A stretch of DNA of 64,000 bases from an uncultured Nitrospiraceae bacterium (GCA_963727805.1 CAVSHF010000003.1:1344001-1408000); one strand, 5' to 3'. Positions 26,719-36,599 are shown, counted from the stretch's first letter. Notes: generated from the letters alone by a model not told the origin. Numbers and translations: made by a program.

Positions 26719-26928
26719 GGCAAAGTTTCGCAACACAGATTATCGAAAGCAGCGCCGATCTATCGATATCACAGCCGCTTTTAAGACATGCGAACATCCG
26801 CAGTACTCAGTCTATTCCCATGCAAACGTCATGAAGCTTCAGGACGTGGTAAACACCCGGGGCTTAGTTGGAAGCTTAGTGAACGAGTCAGGGAAGAAAT
26901 AACCTCTAATCTTTCAATAAGTTTGAAA

Positions 26929-27015
26929 CGGAGAGGGGGGGATTCGAACCCCCGGTGAGGTTGCCCCCACAACGGTTTTCGAGACCGCCGCTTTCAACCG
27001 CTCAGCCACCTCTCC
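26929..27015 (-). tRNA. tRNA-Ser(CGA)
   Basis: GGAGAGG acceptor stem, anticodon arm GCGGT-CTCGAAA-ACCGT, long variable arm, GGTTCGAATCC; CCA not encoded. Confidence 0.96.
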
Positions 27016-27123
27016 AGGGCCACTCAAAGACGGTTTGTTATTATACATGAATGATTTTTTCCCGGTCTACTTTAAGTGATCTGAAAGGATGAGGAATCAA
27101 GAAATTTTTAAAAAAGCGGTTTG

Positions 27124-27591
27124 TCAGGTGCCGCTTCTCCGTTCGCTAAAAAAGCTTTTAAGCAACTGTGAGCACGCTGCTTCGAGCACCCCCGAGACGA
27201 CCTCTACCTGATGGTTGAGCCTGTTGTCTGAGAGCAGCCGGTACAGGTTTGCGACAGCGCCTCCCTTTACATCGCTGCATCCATAAACAAGCCGCCCGAG
27301 GCGGGCATTCACCATTGCACCGGCACACATCGGGCAGGGCTCTTTTGTGACATAAAGGGTGGCGTCTAAAAGTCTCCATTTCCCGAGCTTCTGCGCGCCT
27401 TCCCTGATGGCCATAATTTCGGCATGGCCGGTGGGATCATAGGATGTTTCCCTGTTATTGTGAGTTGACGCTATCGCCTGCCCGGCGACGACCAAAACCG
27501 CACCAACCGGAACCTCTCCCTCTCTGAAGGCCGCCTGTGCCTCCCTGAGGGCTAACCTCATGAAATTAACGTCTTGATCCACTTCACCCAC
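27124..27591 (-). CDS. tadA: tRNA adenosine(34) deaminase
   Basis: GEVPVGAV, HAE, EPCPMCAGA, LNH. Confidence 0.94.
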   Translation of the reverse strand: MGEVDQDVNFMRLALREAQAAFREGEVPVGAVLVVAGQAIASTHNNRETSYDPTGHAEIMAIREGAQKLGKWRLLDATLYVTKEPCPMCAGAMVNARLGRLVYGCSDVKGGAVANLYRLLSDNRLNHQVEVVSGVLEAACSQLLKSFFSERRSGT

Positions 27592-28202
27592 TGTTCGATA
27601 CCTTCTCCTGTCTTGCTCGACACTTCAAAGATCTCCATTGAAGGATTGAGGGAACGGGCATCCCGCTTGATCTTCTCGACATCTACATCAAGGAACGGCT
27701 TGAGGTCGATCTTGCTGATCAGAAGGGCCTTGGACTCCTGGAAGATAATGGGGTATTTCAACGGTTTGTCATGCCCTTCGGTGAGGCTCAGAATTGCAAC
27801 CTTGATATCTTCACCAAGCTTAAACTCCGCCGGGCAGACAAGGTTTCCAACGTTTTCGATAAAGAGCAGCCTGATAGAATCGAGCGGCAATTCGTCAAGG
27901 ACGTCTGAAATCATGCTGGCATCTAGATGACAGGCCCCTCCCGTATTGATCTGCACTACAGGCACACCTAGACGATCAATGCGCTCGGCATCGTCAGTCC
28001 CCATTATGTCTCCTTCGATGACGCCCAGATTCACTTCATCACCGAGAGTCCTGATCGTCGTTTCGAGCAGCGTCGTTTTGCCGGCACCAGGAGAACTGAT
28101 AAGGTTAATAACAAAGATGCCTCTGTCGTCGAAGGACTTCCGGTTCCCTTCTGCGATCCGCTCATTGGCGGTGAGGATCTTGTTCGCAAGCTTCAGCTTC
28201 AT
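27558..28202 (-). CDS. hypB: Hydrogenase nickel-incorporation GTPase HypB
   Basis: SSPGAGKTT, TGGACHLDA, ENVGNLVCPA, DKPLKYP. Confidence 0.96.
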   Translation of the reverse strand: MKLKLANKILTANERIAEGNRKSFDDRGIFVINLISSPGAGKTTLLETTIRTLGDEVNLGVIEGDIMGTDDAERIDRLGVPVVQINTGGACHLDASMISDVLDELPLDSIRLLFIENVGNLVCPAEFKLGEDIKVAILSLTEGHDKPLKYPIIFQESKALLISKIDLKPFLDVDVEKIKRDARSLNPSMEIFEVSSKTGEGIEQWVKWIKTLIS

Positions 28203-28547
28203 TCAAAAAACCTCCATTTCAGTTATCATCAATTCGCGACCGGTCAGCAGTGTGTAGGAAACACCGCCGCAATGGGGGCAGCTCAGAATATAGATCTCTT
28301 CGGTCGTAAAATCCTTTCTGCAGTCATTGCAAAGACCAGTGACAGGGACCTCTTCAATTTCGAGAGCAGCATTATCAGCAATAGTCCCTTCCTTGACGGC
28401 GTTGAAGCCAAAAAGCAAGGCATCCGGCATAACTCCGGATGCCTTGCCTATCAACAACTTTATACTCCCTATTTGACTAAACCCTTTACTCCTGCAATTT
28501 TCAAGGGCAACGTCCAACAGGCTCTCGGCAATGGACAACTCATGCAT
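28203..28547 (-). CDS. hypA: Hydrogenase nickel metallochaperone HypA
   Basis: MHELSIA, CNDC...CPHC, GREL. Confidence 0.96.
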   Translation of the reverse strand: MHELSIAESLLDVALENCRSKGFSQIGSIKLLIGKASGVMPDALLFGFNAVKEGTIADNAALEIEEVPVTGLCNDCRKDFTTEEIYILSCPHCGGVSYTLLTGRELMITEMEVF

Positions 28548-28549
28548 AC

Positions 28550-28888
28550 CTACTTGCTGACTTCTTTCTCGTAGGCGTCTTTGCCTGCTTCAACAGCAGC
28601 AGTAATAGCAGATTTTTTCTCTTCGAATAATTCTTTTGCCTTCTCGACCGTCGAGGTAACCTTTTCCTTCGCCGTACCGGCGTAATCAGTCGCTTTTTCC
28701 TTTACGGTACCAGCGTAGTCAGTCGCCTTTTCCTGCACGTCATCTGCCAGTTCCTTAATCTTTCTTCTCGTTTCAATCCCCGACTGCGGGGCGAGAAGAA
28801 GCGCAACCCCAGCGCCAACCATACCTCCCAGAACAAATGCGAGTAATACGGACCCTGCGCTGTAACCTTCGTCATCATGATGGCTCAT
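28550..28888 (-). CDS. YtxH-domain protein
   Basis: GGMVGAGVALLLAPQSG.ETRRKI plus amphipathic 11-mer repeats. Confidence 0.9.
   Translation of the reverse strand: MSHHDDEGYSAGSVLLAFVLGGMVGAGVALLLAPQSGIETRRKIKELADDVQEKATDYAGTVKEKATDYAGTAKEKVTSTVEKAKELFEEKKSAITAAVEAGKDAYEKEVSK
28661..28726. repeat. 33-bp tandem duplication in the YtxH gene
   Basis: Encodes KATDYAGTVKE / KATDYAGTAKE. Confidence 0.85.
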
Positions 28889-28901
28889 AGGTATACCTCC
28901 T

Positions 28902-29300
28902 TTATTTTTGATGCTTTAATAGAACGCCAAGCGCCGTTTGAACACCTGCCTTAATCCCAAGCGCTCGCAGCGATATTTGGTCCTTCAGGTCGCCAATGAG
29001 CATGCTGATTGCCTGCACATTCGACGCGACGTCCAATACCGCTCCGGAAACCTCCCGGACACTGCCAGACACAGCAGCAATATCGTCGCTGACCTGGCGA
29101 ATGCTTTTCAGGGTCTTTTCAGTTTCTTCAAGCACCGGCTTCAACCTCTGGTCGGTAGTCCGGACAAATTCATCCATTGTTGCCGCCATTTTCTTCATCT
29201 GCATGGTTGAATAAATGAGAAAGAAAAGAGCTGCCACAAACGTAATGATGACAATTAAGAACCCGATGGTCAATAGCAAAACCCAGTACTGGCTCCCCAT
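28902..29300 (-). CDS. DUF948 (YoxC-like) membrane protein
   Basis: N-terminal TM plus coiled coil; usual partner upstream of YtxH. Confidence 0.75.
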   Translation of the reverse strand: MGSQYWVLLLTIGFLIVIITFVAALFFLIYSTMQMKKMAATMDEFVRTTDQRLKPVLEETEKTLKSIRQVSDDIAAVSGSVREVSGAVLDVASNVQAISMLIGDLKDQISLRALGIKAGVQTALGVLLKHQK

Positions 29301-29417
29301 ATGGCTCCCCCTTCAAACTTATTAGAGCAACACAATGCCTTACCGCTTAAGTTATTTAAAGTATATAGTATCGGGTCTGAAGTTACAAGCAGCACAACAG
29401 GGCAAATTCCTAAGCTA

Positions 29418-29993
29418 CTATAACGTTCCATTGCGGAGTTGCCGATAGACGTGGACAATCCTCTGGATGACTGTAACGTGGCTCAAGATAAAAATAATAA
29501 CAACGACGGGAAAGAGAAGTCCTGTGACGCACCCGAATGCCAGGAGGACAACTCTTTCAGGCCTCTCCATAAGCCCAACCTTGCAATCGATGCCAAGCCC
29601 TTCAGCGCGCGCACGGGCATAGCTTGTTGTAAGTGACCCGACGAGGCCGCCTATGGAAAGAAGCGCCCCTGTCAGACTCCCGATAGTATAAAAATACCAT
29701 GACACACCTATGAAGAGCATCGAATCGGCATATCTGTCAAGGGTTGAATCCAGGAAAGCCCCAAAGCTGGTACGTTTACCGTTAGTGCGTGCGATAATTC
29801 CGTCGAGCATATCCAAGGCCCCACCAGCAAGGATTAAAATGCCCCCGACAATAAGATGGGATGGGATGACAATGGCGGCGACGGCCGTCACAAAAAGGCC
29901 GGCAATCGTTATAACATTGGGACTAAAGGGTATGCGTCTTGCCAGAGGCGCCAGCGGTTTGTCAAGGATATGACCAAACCATGCACTGAACAA
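29418..29993 (-). CDS. CDP-alcohol phosphatidyltransferase (PIP/archaetidylinositol-phosphate synthase-like)
   Basis: SPNVIT, DMLDGIIAR...GAFLDSTLDR (CDP-AP signature), SYARARAEGLG, GLMERPER. Confidence 0.88.
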   Translation of the reverse strand: MFSAWFGHILDKPLAPLARRIPFSPNVITIAGLFVTAVAAIVIPSHLIVGGILILAGGALDMLDGIIARTNGKRTSFGAFLDSTLDRYADSMLFIGVSWYFYTIGSLTGALLSIGGLVGSLTTSYARARAEGLGIDCKVGLMERPERVVLLAFGCVTGLLFPVVVIIFILSHVTVIQRIVHVYRQLRNGTL

Positions 29994-31097
29994 TTACCTC
30001 TCCCTTTTGGCGGCGATAAAGTCCTCGACCATCTCCCTCGCCTCTTCATCGGGGAACTGCACACGCGGATGTTTCATGAAGTATGAAGACGGGGAAAGCA
30101 GTGCGCCCCCGATTTTCCTATCCCTCGCGATTTTACAGCATCGTATGGCATCGATTACCACTCCGCCGCTGTTCGGCGAGTCCTCAACGGAGAGCCGGAC
30201 TTCCAGATTCATTGCGACATTTCCGAAACCCCGGCCTTCCATCCTAAGGAAGCAGACCTTGTTGTCGTTCAGCCACGGCACAAAATCAGAAGGGCCTATG
30301 TGAACATCGTCTTCGGAGAGCCCGTGGCTGATCTGGGAAGTAACCGCCTCGGTCTTGGATATCTTCTTGGACTTGAGTCTCTTTTGGTTAAGCATATTAA
30401 GGAAGTCTGTGTTGCCGCCCACGTTCAACTGGTAGGTGTGGTTCATCTGAACACCCCTGTCCATGAAAAGCTTCGTAAGCATCCTGTGTATTATTGTAGC
30501 GCCTATCTGCGATTTGACATCGTCGCCGACGATGGGGATGCCCTTCTCTTCGAAGCGCCTGATCCACACGTCATCGGAAGCGATAAATACAGGAATGCAG
30601 TTGACAAAAGAAACACCGGCTTCTAGGCATGCCGTAGCATAATAACGCGATGCATCTTCAGAACCGACCGGAAGATAGTTCACCAGTATTTCAGCGCCAC
30701 TGCCGACGAGTACCTTCACGACATCGCATGGTTTCTCATCAGAGGCGATAAATCTCCTGTCGTCGGGATAATCAGTCATATGTGAAGAGATGCCATCACG
30801 AACTTCACCCATGTTGACCGTAACAGGATAATCCGGCAGTTGAGGGAAGAACACCTTCGTGCAGTTAGGTTTCGCAAAGAGGGCTTCCTTAAGCGGTTTA
30901 TTGATTTTGCGTTTATCGATGTCGAACGCAGCTACGACCTCTATGTCCCCTGGGCGATAACCGCCGAGATCATAATGCATCAGGCCAAACGCGTCGCTTG
31001 CTGCCTTCTTCCCCATCGCTCTGTAGTACTCGATCCCCTGTATTAAAGAACTCGCACAATTACCGACGCCGGCAATCGCAATCCGAATCTTGGCCAT
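29994..31097 (-). CDS. ino1: myo-inositol-1-phosphate synthase
   Basis: GVGNCASSL, NYLPVGS, GDDVKSQIGAT, QLNVGGNTDFLNM, SKKISKT, DSPNS. Confidence 0.95.
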   Translation of the reverse strand: MAKIRIAIAGVGNCASSLIQGIEYYRAMGKKAASDAFGLMHYDLGGYRPGDIEVVAAFDIDKRKINKPLKEALFAKPNCTKVFFPQLPDYPVTVNMGEVRDGISSHMTDYPDDRRFIASDEKPCDVVKVLVGSGAEILVNYLPVGSEDASRYYATACLEAGVSFVNCIPVFIASDDVWIRRFEEKGIPIVGDDVKSQIGATIIHRMLTKLFMDRGVQMNHTYQLNVGGNTDFLNMLNQKRLKSKKISKTEAVTSQISHGLSEDDVHIGPSDFVPWLNDNKVCFLRMEGRGFGNVAMNLEVRLSVEDSPNSGGVVIDAIRCCKIARDRKIGGALLSPSSYFMKHPRVQFPDEEAREMVEDFIAAKRER

Positions 31098-31114
31098 TGT
31101 CTTAATCTCCTCGA

Positions 31115-31534
31115 TTATTTTATCTCTATCGATTTGGGCGATTCCAGGACCTTCTTGGGGAGGATGACCTTTAGAATGCCATCCTTAAGGGTAGCCTGAA
31201 TACTATCTTTATCCACAACCTCGGGCAGGGTAAAGCTCCGCAAAAACCTGCCGTAGCAGCGTTCAACCTGATGATAATGTCTACCCTCCCTCTGCAGCCT
31301 TCTTTCACCGGCAATCCTGAGTTGGTCTCCCTGGACATTGATAGCGATGTCCGATTCCTTCGCCTCGGGCAAATCAGCCTTTACGACAAACATTTCGGGC
31401 GTTTCGTAAATATCGACTACAGGAACCCATCCGACGGACGACTCGTCCCTCGCCTTCTCATGGGCACTCGCGAAGATCTTGTTGATCCTCTCCCTTAAGG
31501 AAAAAATGTCTTCTATCGGGTCATGTTTGTCCAT
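31115..31534 (-). CDS. Hsp20/alpha-crystallin small heat-shock protein
   Basis: WVPVVDIYET, ERCYGRFLRSFTLP, LKDGILKVILPK; start uncertain (31534 or 31555). Confidence 0.9.
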   Translation of the reverse strand: MDKHDPIEDIFSLRERINKIFASAHEKARDESSVGWVPVVDIYETPEMFVVKADLPEAKESDIAINVQGDQLRIAGERRLQREGRHYHQVERCYGRFLRSFTLPEVVDKDSIQATLKDGILKVILPKKVLESPKSIEIK

Positions 31535-31630
31535 TTTCGATATATTCGCCTGCAAAATCGAAACAGATTCTTATAAATTAATTCAGGGGTTTCTGTCAAG
31601 TTGCAAGGGATATAACACGAGGAAATTCTA

Positions 31631-33265
31631 CTACTCAAACAGGGAAATGAACTCAAACTTGGAGGTGTCGATAAGGCCCAGATTGCTGAGCTTCAGCTGG
31701 GGAATGACAAGTAGGGACATGAAGGATAACATCATGAAAGGCGCCCTCAGACTTGTCCCAAGCGTTTTTGCAAGCCCGTCGAGTTGCCGGTATTTCTTGG
31801 CGACCTCGAACCCGTCTCTGCCAGACATGAGGCCAGCGATCGGTAGAGACAGGCATTCCATAAACTCGCTACATGCCGCAGATATGCCGCCTCCGTTTTC
31901 GATTACCAGGTTGACCGCCCTTTTGATGTCTTCATCTGAGACTCCGACACAGATGATGTTGTGAGAGTCATGTGACACGGAAGAGGCTATTGCCCCTTTT
32001 TTTAAACCAAAGTTTTTAACAAACGCGACAGCGGGTGGCGCGTCGTAATACCGGTTGATAACAACAAGCTTAAGGATATCCCGCTGAGGGTCTGATCGGG
32101 CAAAGCCACCGTTGATATAAGGAGAAGCGCGGAGTTTCCCGGTAGTCAGACTGCCATCGAGAACCTGTATCACATTCGCCATCCAGCCCGATGCCTTCAC
32201 AGTAAAGTCATCCGCAATTTTTGCGCTTACATTGAAATTATTCGGCGCCATCGATGGCAGATTGACGAAAAACGTCTCCCCATTTTCCGCCACTAGTTCT
32301 CCGTTAATATATGTCTGCCGAACAGAGAAATTTTCGAGGTTATCAACCACCAGAAAATCGGCGGGGTCGCCCTTTTGCAGTAGCCCTACACCCAGACCGT
32401 AATGCTTCACCGGGTTGACACTGGCACATCTGAAAACCTTTAAAGGATCGATGTGGCGCTCCAGCGCCCTATGGACATGCTCATTAATATGCCCCTTCAC
32501 CAGATCATCGGGATGCTTATCGTCGCTGCAAAACATACAACCGCGGTGGTTTTCGCGAAGCAGATCAATAAGATCATCAAAGTTTTTTGCAGCAGAGCCT
32601 TCACGAATTTGGATCTTCATTCCTTTTTTGAGTTTTTCGCGCGCCTCTTCCCTGTCGCCGACTTCGTGGTCGGTAGTAACGCCGGCATCTATGTACTTCG
32701 AAAGAGTTTCGCCTCTTAGTCCGGGGGCATGACCGTCCACACATTTCCTGAATTGTTTCGCAAGGGCTATCTTCGCCATGACATCCCGGTCTTCATTTAT
32801 TACAGCTGTATAATTCATGACCTCGCCCAGGAATTTGATTTCATCCCTCGCTAAAAGACCTTCGACTTCTTTCACGCCAATTGTCGCGCCTGAAGTCTCA
32901 AAGCGGGTGGTTGGAACACACGAGGGGGCACCAAAATAGAACTTAAAAGACTGTTTTTTACTATTTTCTATCATAAAGTCTACGCCTTCTATCCCCATTA
33001 CGTTGGCTATTTCGTGTGGATCGGCAACAGCAGCAACGGTGCCATGTCCCACCGCTATACGGGCAAATTCAGAGGGCACAAGCATAGAGCTTTCTATATG
33101 TACATGGGAGTCAACAAGTCCGGGGACGATGTAAGAACTGCACCTGCTGTACTCTTTGTTAATATCGATAATCCTGCCGTTTTTTATCAGCAGTGTTCCA
33201 GCATAAATAGAGTTGTTAAGAACATCGACGATATTACCCGATACCCTGTACACTTCCTCAGACAC
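31631..33265 (-). CDS. ade: Adenine deaminase
   Basis: PGLVDSHVHIESS, DPHEIANV, DGHAP, TDHE, REGSAAKN, SDDKHP, HDSHN. Confidence 0.95.
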   Translation of the reverse strand: MSEEVYRVSGNIVDVLNNSIYAGTLLIKNGRIIDINKEYSRCSSYIVPGLVDSHVHIESSMLVPSEFARIAVGHGTVAAVADPHEIANVMGIEGVDFMIENSKKQSFKFYFGAPSCVPTTRFETSGATIGVKEVEGLLARDEIKFLGEVMNYTAVINEDRDVMAKIALAKQFRKCVDGHAPGLRGETLSKYIDAGVTTDHEVGDREEAREKLKKGMKIQIREGSAAKNFDDLIDLLRENHRGCMFCSDDKHPDDLVKGHINEHVHRALERHIDPLKVFRCASVNPVKHYGLGVGLLQKGDPADFLVVDNLENFSVRQTYINGELVAENGETFFVNLPSMAPNNFNVSAKIADDFTVKASGWMANVIQVLDGSLTTGKLRASPYINGGFARSDPQRDILKLVVINRYYDAPPAVAFVKNFGLKKGAIASSVSHDSHNIICVGVSDEDIKRAVNLVIENGGGISAACSEFMECLSLPIAGLMSGRDGFEVAKKYRQLDGLAKTLGTSLRAPFMMLSFMSLLVIPQLKLSNLGLIDTSKFEFISLFE

Positions 33266-33268
33266 TAC

Positions 33269-34066
33269 TCACCGCCGTCCTTCATCTGGGATGTGTTCGC
33301 CGCAGAAAGTATAAGCCTTTTGCGATTTTTCGGCAAACGCAGCTGCTTTGAGCGGCCTGGCAAGAATGTATCCGATATGAGCATCTATAAGGTGCGCCAT
33401 TTCCAAAATCAGCGGCCTCGGGGCTTTTACCCTGTCGATATTCGCAAAACACCACTGTACGATGCTGCCATAAAATTTCAGGGCGCCCCGTGAAAGCGTA
33501 ATCGCCTCCGTACCGTCACCTCTGCATGAGTCACAAATGAGAGACCCTTGAGAGAGGTAGAATCTGCTTTCTGCCCTTTCTGATGTCCTATCCCCACACC
33601 GTCCACAGGCATCGAGCCTGGGCAGATAGCCCACGATACGGAGGAAGCGGATCTTGCAGAAGAGGAAATAGAGATCGTTGTGGTCTCCTGGTTGGAGCTT
33701 CGAGAGCATCCGTAACAGCAGTACGAACATATTCCCGTTGGGCTCCCTTTCAGGCAGAAAATGAACTATCATCTCGAGTATTTCAGCAAGCCGGACAAAA
33801 CATTCATAATCGTCCCTCAGTTGATGAAAAGACATAATAATATCGGATTGAGTCAGCCTCGGCAGGTTGGCATCCTCTTTTCCGATAAAGGATATCTTCG
33901 AATAGGTGAGAGGTTCGAGACTGCTGCCAAACCTGCTCTTGATCTTTCGCGGGCTCTTCGCAAAGGCCTTTAGAAGGCCGTAGTCGCGGGTGAGATAGGT
34001 GACGATGAGATCGGCCTCTCCGAAGACCGAGCTTTTGAGGACTATTCCTTCAGTTCTGCTCAGCAA
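33269..34066 (-). CDS. recO: DNA repair protein RecO
   Basis: EGIVLK...GEAD, KSRFG..LEP, CGRC...CDSC Zn finger; near era. Confidence 0.92.
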   Translation of the reverse strand: MLSRTEGIVLKSSVFGEADLIVTYLTRDYGLLKAFAKSPRKIKSRFGSSLEPLTYSKISFIGKEDANLPRLTQSDIIMSFHQLRDDYECFVRLAEILEMIVHFLPEREPNGNMFVLLLRMLSKLQPGDHNDLYFLFCKIRFLRIVGYLPRLDACGRCGDRTSERAESRFYLSQGSLICDSCRGDGTEAITLSRGALKFYGSIVQWCFANIDRVKAPRPLILEMAHLIDAHIGYILARPLKAAAFAEKSQKAYTFCGEHIPDEGRR

Positions 34067-34067
34067 A

Positions 34068-34520
34068 CTACATGATGTTGCCGAAGTCTTCCGGCTTGAG
34101 GTTTTTAAGCCATTCCTCGAGCTCGTCGGCCTTCCTGACGTCTAACACGTCTTCTTCCACAAAGATAGGCACCTGCACTCTTAGCGCCACGGCAACCGCA
34201 TCGGAAGGTCTTGAATCTATAGTGATCTCCCGAGTGCCGTCCTTGACATGTATGAGGGCATAGTAAGTATTCTCGATAATTTCGGTGATGACAATGCGTG
34301 ACGCTTTGACATCCAGGGAGTCAAAAACATTCTTTATCAGGTCATGGGTGAGGGGCCTAGGCGTGATCACTTTGCCGAGAGCAAGGGCGATCGAATCGGC
34401 CTCTGGTTTTCCAATCCATATGGGAAGAGTCCCATTGCCGTCGATCTGCTGAAGAAGCAGGATGTACATACCGCTCCTCGGGTCAAAAAGAAGACCCTCC
34501 ACCTTCATTTGTATCAGCAT
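34068..34520 (-). CDS. Bifunctional nuclease family (DUF151)
   Basis: LPIWIG..EA, RPLTHDL, DSRPSDAVAVALR. Confidence 0.92.
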   Translation of the reverse strand: MLIQMKVEGLLFDPRSGMYILLLQQIDGNGTLPIWIGKPEADSIALALGKVITPRPLTHDLIKNVFDSLDVKASRIVITEIIENTYYALIHVKDGTREITIDSRPSDAVAVALRVQVPIFVEEDVLDVRKADELEEWLKNLKPEDFGNIM

Positions 34521-35425
34521 TATCGGAACCCCAGTTCTCTTAATGTACGCTCGTCACTGCGCCAGTCTTTCCTGATTTTGACCCACAACTCGAGAAAAAT
34601 CCTTGTTCCCAGGAGACTCTCGATATCGTGCCTGGCCTTTGAGCCGATAGACTTCAGCCGTAAGCCCTGTTTCCCTATTATAATACCCTTTTGCCCTTCT
34701 CTTTCAATATAAATGTTTGCTCTGATAAAGACAACACCATCTTCCCTCTCGGACCATTCATCGATTTCTACAGCCGCTGAATACGGGACTTCTTCCTTGG
34801 TCGCTTCAATAATTTTTTCTCTGATGATCTCCGATGCCATGAAGCGCTCCATCTGGTCTGTGATGACATCATCAGGAAAGAGTTTGGGGCCCTCCGGTAG
34901 ATACTTTATAATAGTCCCGATGAGTTCATCGATGCCATTACTCTTAAGCGCCGATAAAGGGATAATCTCCCTGAACGGATAGAGTTTGCTATAGGCCTCA
35001 ATGACAGGGAGGACTTCCGGCTTCTTGACAATGTCGACCTTATTGAGCAGAAGAAATACCGGCTTCGCGACTGGCTTTATCCTCTCAAGGACGAAGAGGT
35101 CTCCGCTGCCGGGCGCTTGGGGCTCCACCATGAAGAGAACAATGTCGACCTCTTCGAGAGATTCATAGGCCACTCGGTTCATTGCCTCACCGAGCTTTTG
35201 CCGCGGTTTATGAATCCCAGGGGTATCAATGAAAATGATCTGTGCGTTAGAAATGGTTTTTATCCCGGTTATACGGTTTCTAGTGGTCTGCGGTTTCGAC
35301 GTGACAATAGCAATCTTTTCGCCAAGAATGGTATTCAGCAGCGTCGATTTACCAACATTCGGCCTGCCAATGAGTGATACATACCCACTATGGAAATGTT
35401 CGGACTGATTATGCAAGTCGTGCAA
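34520..35425 (-). CDS. era: GTPase Era
   Basis: GRPNVGKST, KPQTTR, DTPG, NKVD, KH domain. Confidence 0.97.
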   Translation of the reverse strand: MHDLHNQSEHFHSGYVSLIGRPNVGKSTLLNTILGEKIAIVTSKPQTTRNRITGIKTISNAQIIFIDTPGIHKPRQKLGEAMNRVAYESLEEVDIVLFMVEPQAPGSGDLFVLERIKPVAKPVFLLLNKVDIVKKPEVLPVIEAYSKLYPFREIIPLSALKSNGIDELIGTIIKYLPEGPKLFPDDVITDQMERFMASEIIREKIIEATKEEVPYSAAVEIDEWSEREDGVVFIRANIYIEREGQKGIIIGKQGLRLKSIGSKARHDIESLLGTRIFLELWVKIRKDWRSDERTLRELGFR

Positions 35426-36599
35426 CCGCTTCCCTTATCCGCCCGACAGCCTTATCGATATTCTCCATCGAGGTCGCATAGGAAATTCTTATGTAGTTGT
35501 CGTCTCCGAAGGCTTCGCCGTGAACAAGAGCAACCCTCGCCTCTTCAAGAAGATACAGTGCGAAATCGAGTGACGAAGCTACCTGCCTCGAACCAGTAGT
35601 CTTCCCATAAAGCGATGAAACATTCGGGAAGGCATAAAAGGCACCGGTCGGGTTGAGGCATCTAATCCCCTCAATACTATTCAGGCCGTTAACGAGGAAC
35701 TTCCTCCTCTTGTCGAACTCAGTGCGCATCATACCCACAAAGTCCTGAGGCCCCGTCAGCGCCGCCACCGCTGCCTTCTGGGATATCGAGGCCGGGTTCG
35801 AGGTAGATTGGCTCTGGATATTCGTCATCGCCTTAATGATCTCCTTTGGGCCTGCGGCATAGCCGATACGCCAGCCGGTCATAGCATGGGACTTGGAGAG
35901 TCCGTTAACGACGATCGTCCGCTTCTTTATCTCCTTGCCCAGAGAGGCGATGCTGACGTGTTCAAAACCATCATATACAAGCTTTTCATAAATTTCATCC
36001 GAGATAACATAGATATTGTGTTTAACCGCCATCTCGGCAATAGCTTCGAGGACCTTCTTTTCGTAGATTGACCCTGTGGGGTTTGATGGCGAATTAAGAA
36101 TAAGCGCCTTTGTCTTCTTGGTAATCTTTGATTCGAGGACCTCGGGCCTGAGCATAAACTTGTCTGCTTCATCCGTCTTCACAAAGATAGGGATCGCATC
36201 GTTCAGAAGCGCCTGGTCAGGATAGGAAACCCAGAAAGGGGCGGGGATCAATATCTCATCCCCTGAGCCAAAAAGCGCCTGCGCAATATTATAGAGCGAG
36301 TGTTTAGCCCCGCACGAAACGATAACTTCTTCCTTCGTATAGTCAAGGCCGTTATCATTGCTGAGCTTGCCGATAATCGCGTCCTTGAGAGGGTCAATGC
36401 CACCAACCGGCGTATATTTCGTGAAACCGTCGCGAATAGCCTTGATCGCAGCTTCTTTGATATGATCAGGAGTGTCGAAGTCGGGCTCGCCCACCCCGAA
36501 GTTTACGATATCGATCCCTTCAGCCTTCATAGCCTTAGCCTTTGAGTCCATGGCAAGCGTTGCCGATGGCTTGATCTTTCCTACCCTTTCAGCCAGCAT
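35409..36599 (-). CDS. aspC: PLP-dependent aminotransferase class I (aspartate aminotransferase)
   Basis: GEPDFDTP, NSPSNPTG, SDEIY, SKSHAMTGWRIG; AAGGAGG SD before ATG 36599. Confidence 0.9.
   Translation of the reverse strand: MLAERVGKIKPSATLAMDSKAKAMKAEGIDIVNFGVGEPDFDTPDHIKEAAIKAIRDGFTKYTPVGGIDPLKDAIIGKLSNDNGLDYTKEEVIVSCGAKHSLYNIAQALFGSGDEILIPAPFWVSYPDQALLNDAIPIFVKTDEADKFMLRPEVLESKITKKTKALILNSPSNPTGSIYEKKVLEAIAEMAVKHNIYVISDEIYEKLVYDGFEHVSIASLGKEIKKRTIVVNGLSKSHAMTGWRIGYAAGPKEIIKAMTNIQSQSTSNPASISQKAAVAALTGPQDFVGMMRTEFDKRRKFLVNGLNSIEGIRCLNPTGAFYAFPNVSSLYGKTTGSRQVASSLDFALYLLEEARVALVHGEAFGDDNYIRISYATSMENIDKAVGRIREAVARLA

Noticed and set aside
26720..26928. SRP RNA (ffs) or a c-di-GMP riboswitch near tadA/tRNA-Ser
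   Set aside because: No CAGG..GGAA..AGCAG core on either strand. The GCAAA-hairpin-GACG near 26822-26848 lacks the GNRA loop and second stem, and no gene lies downstream of it.
26929..27015. Long-variable-arm tRNA as tRNA-Sec (selC)
   Set aside because: The anticodon is CGA with a 7-bp acceptor stem, i.e. an ordinary tRNA-Ser. No sel genes are visible in this window.
31535..31630. CIRCE/HrcA operator upstream of the Hsp20 genes
   Set aside because: No TTAGCACTC-N9-GAGTGCTAA found here or before the second Hsp20/lon.
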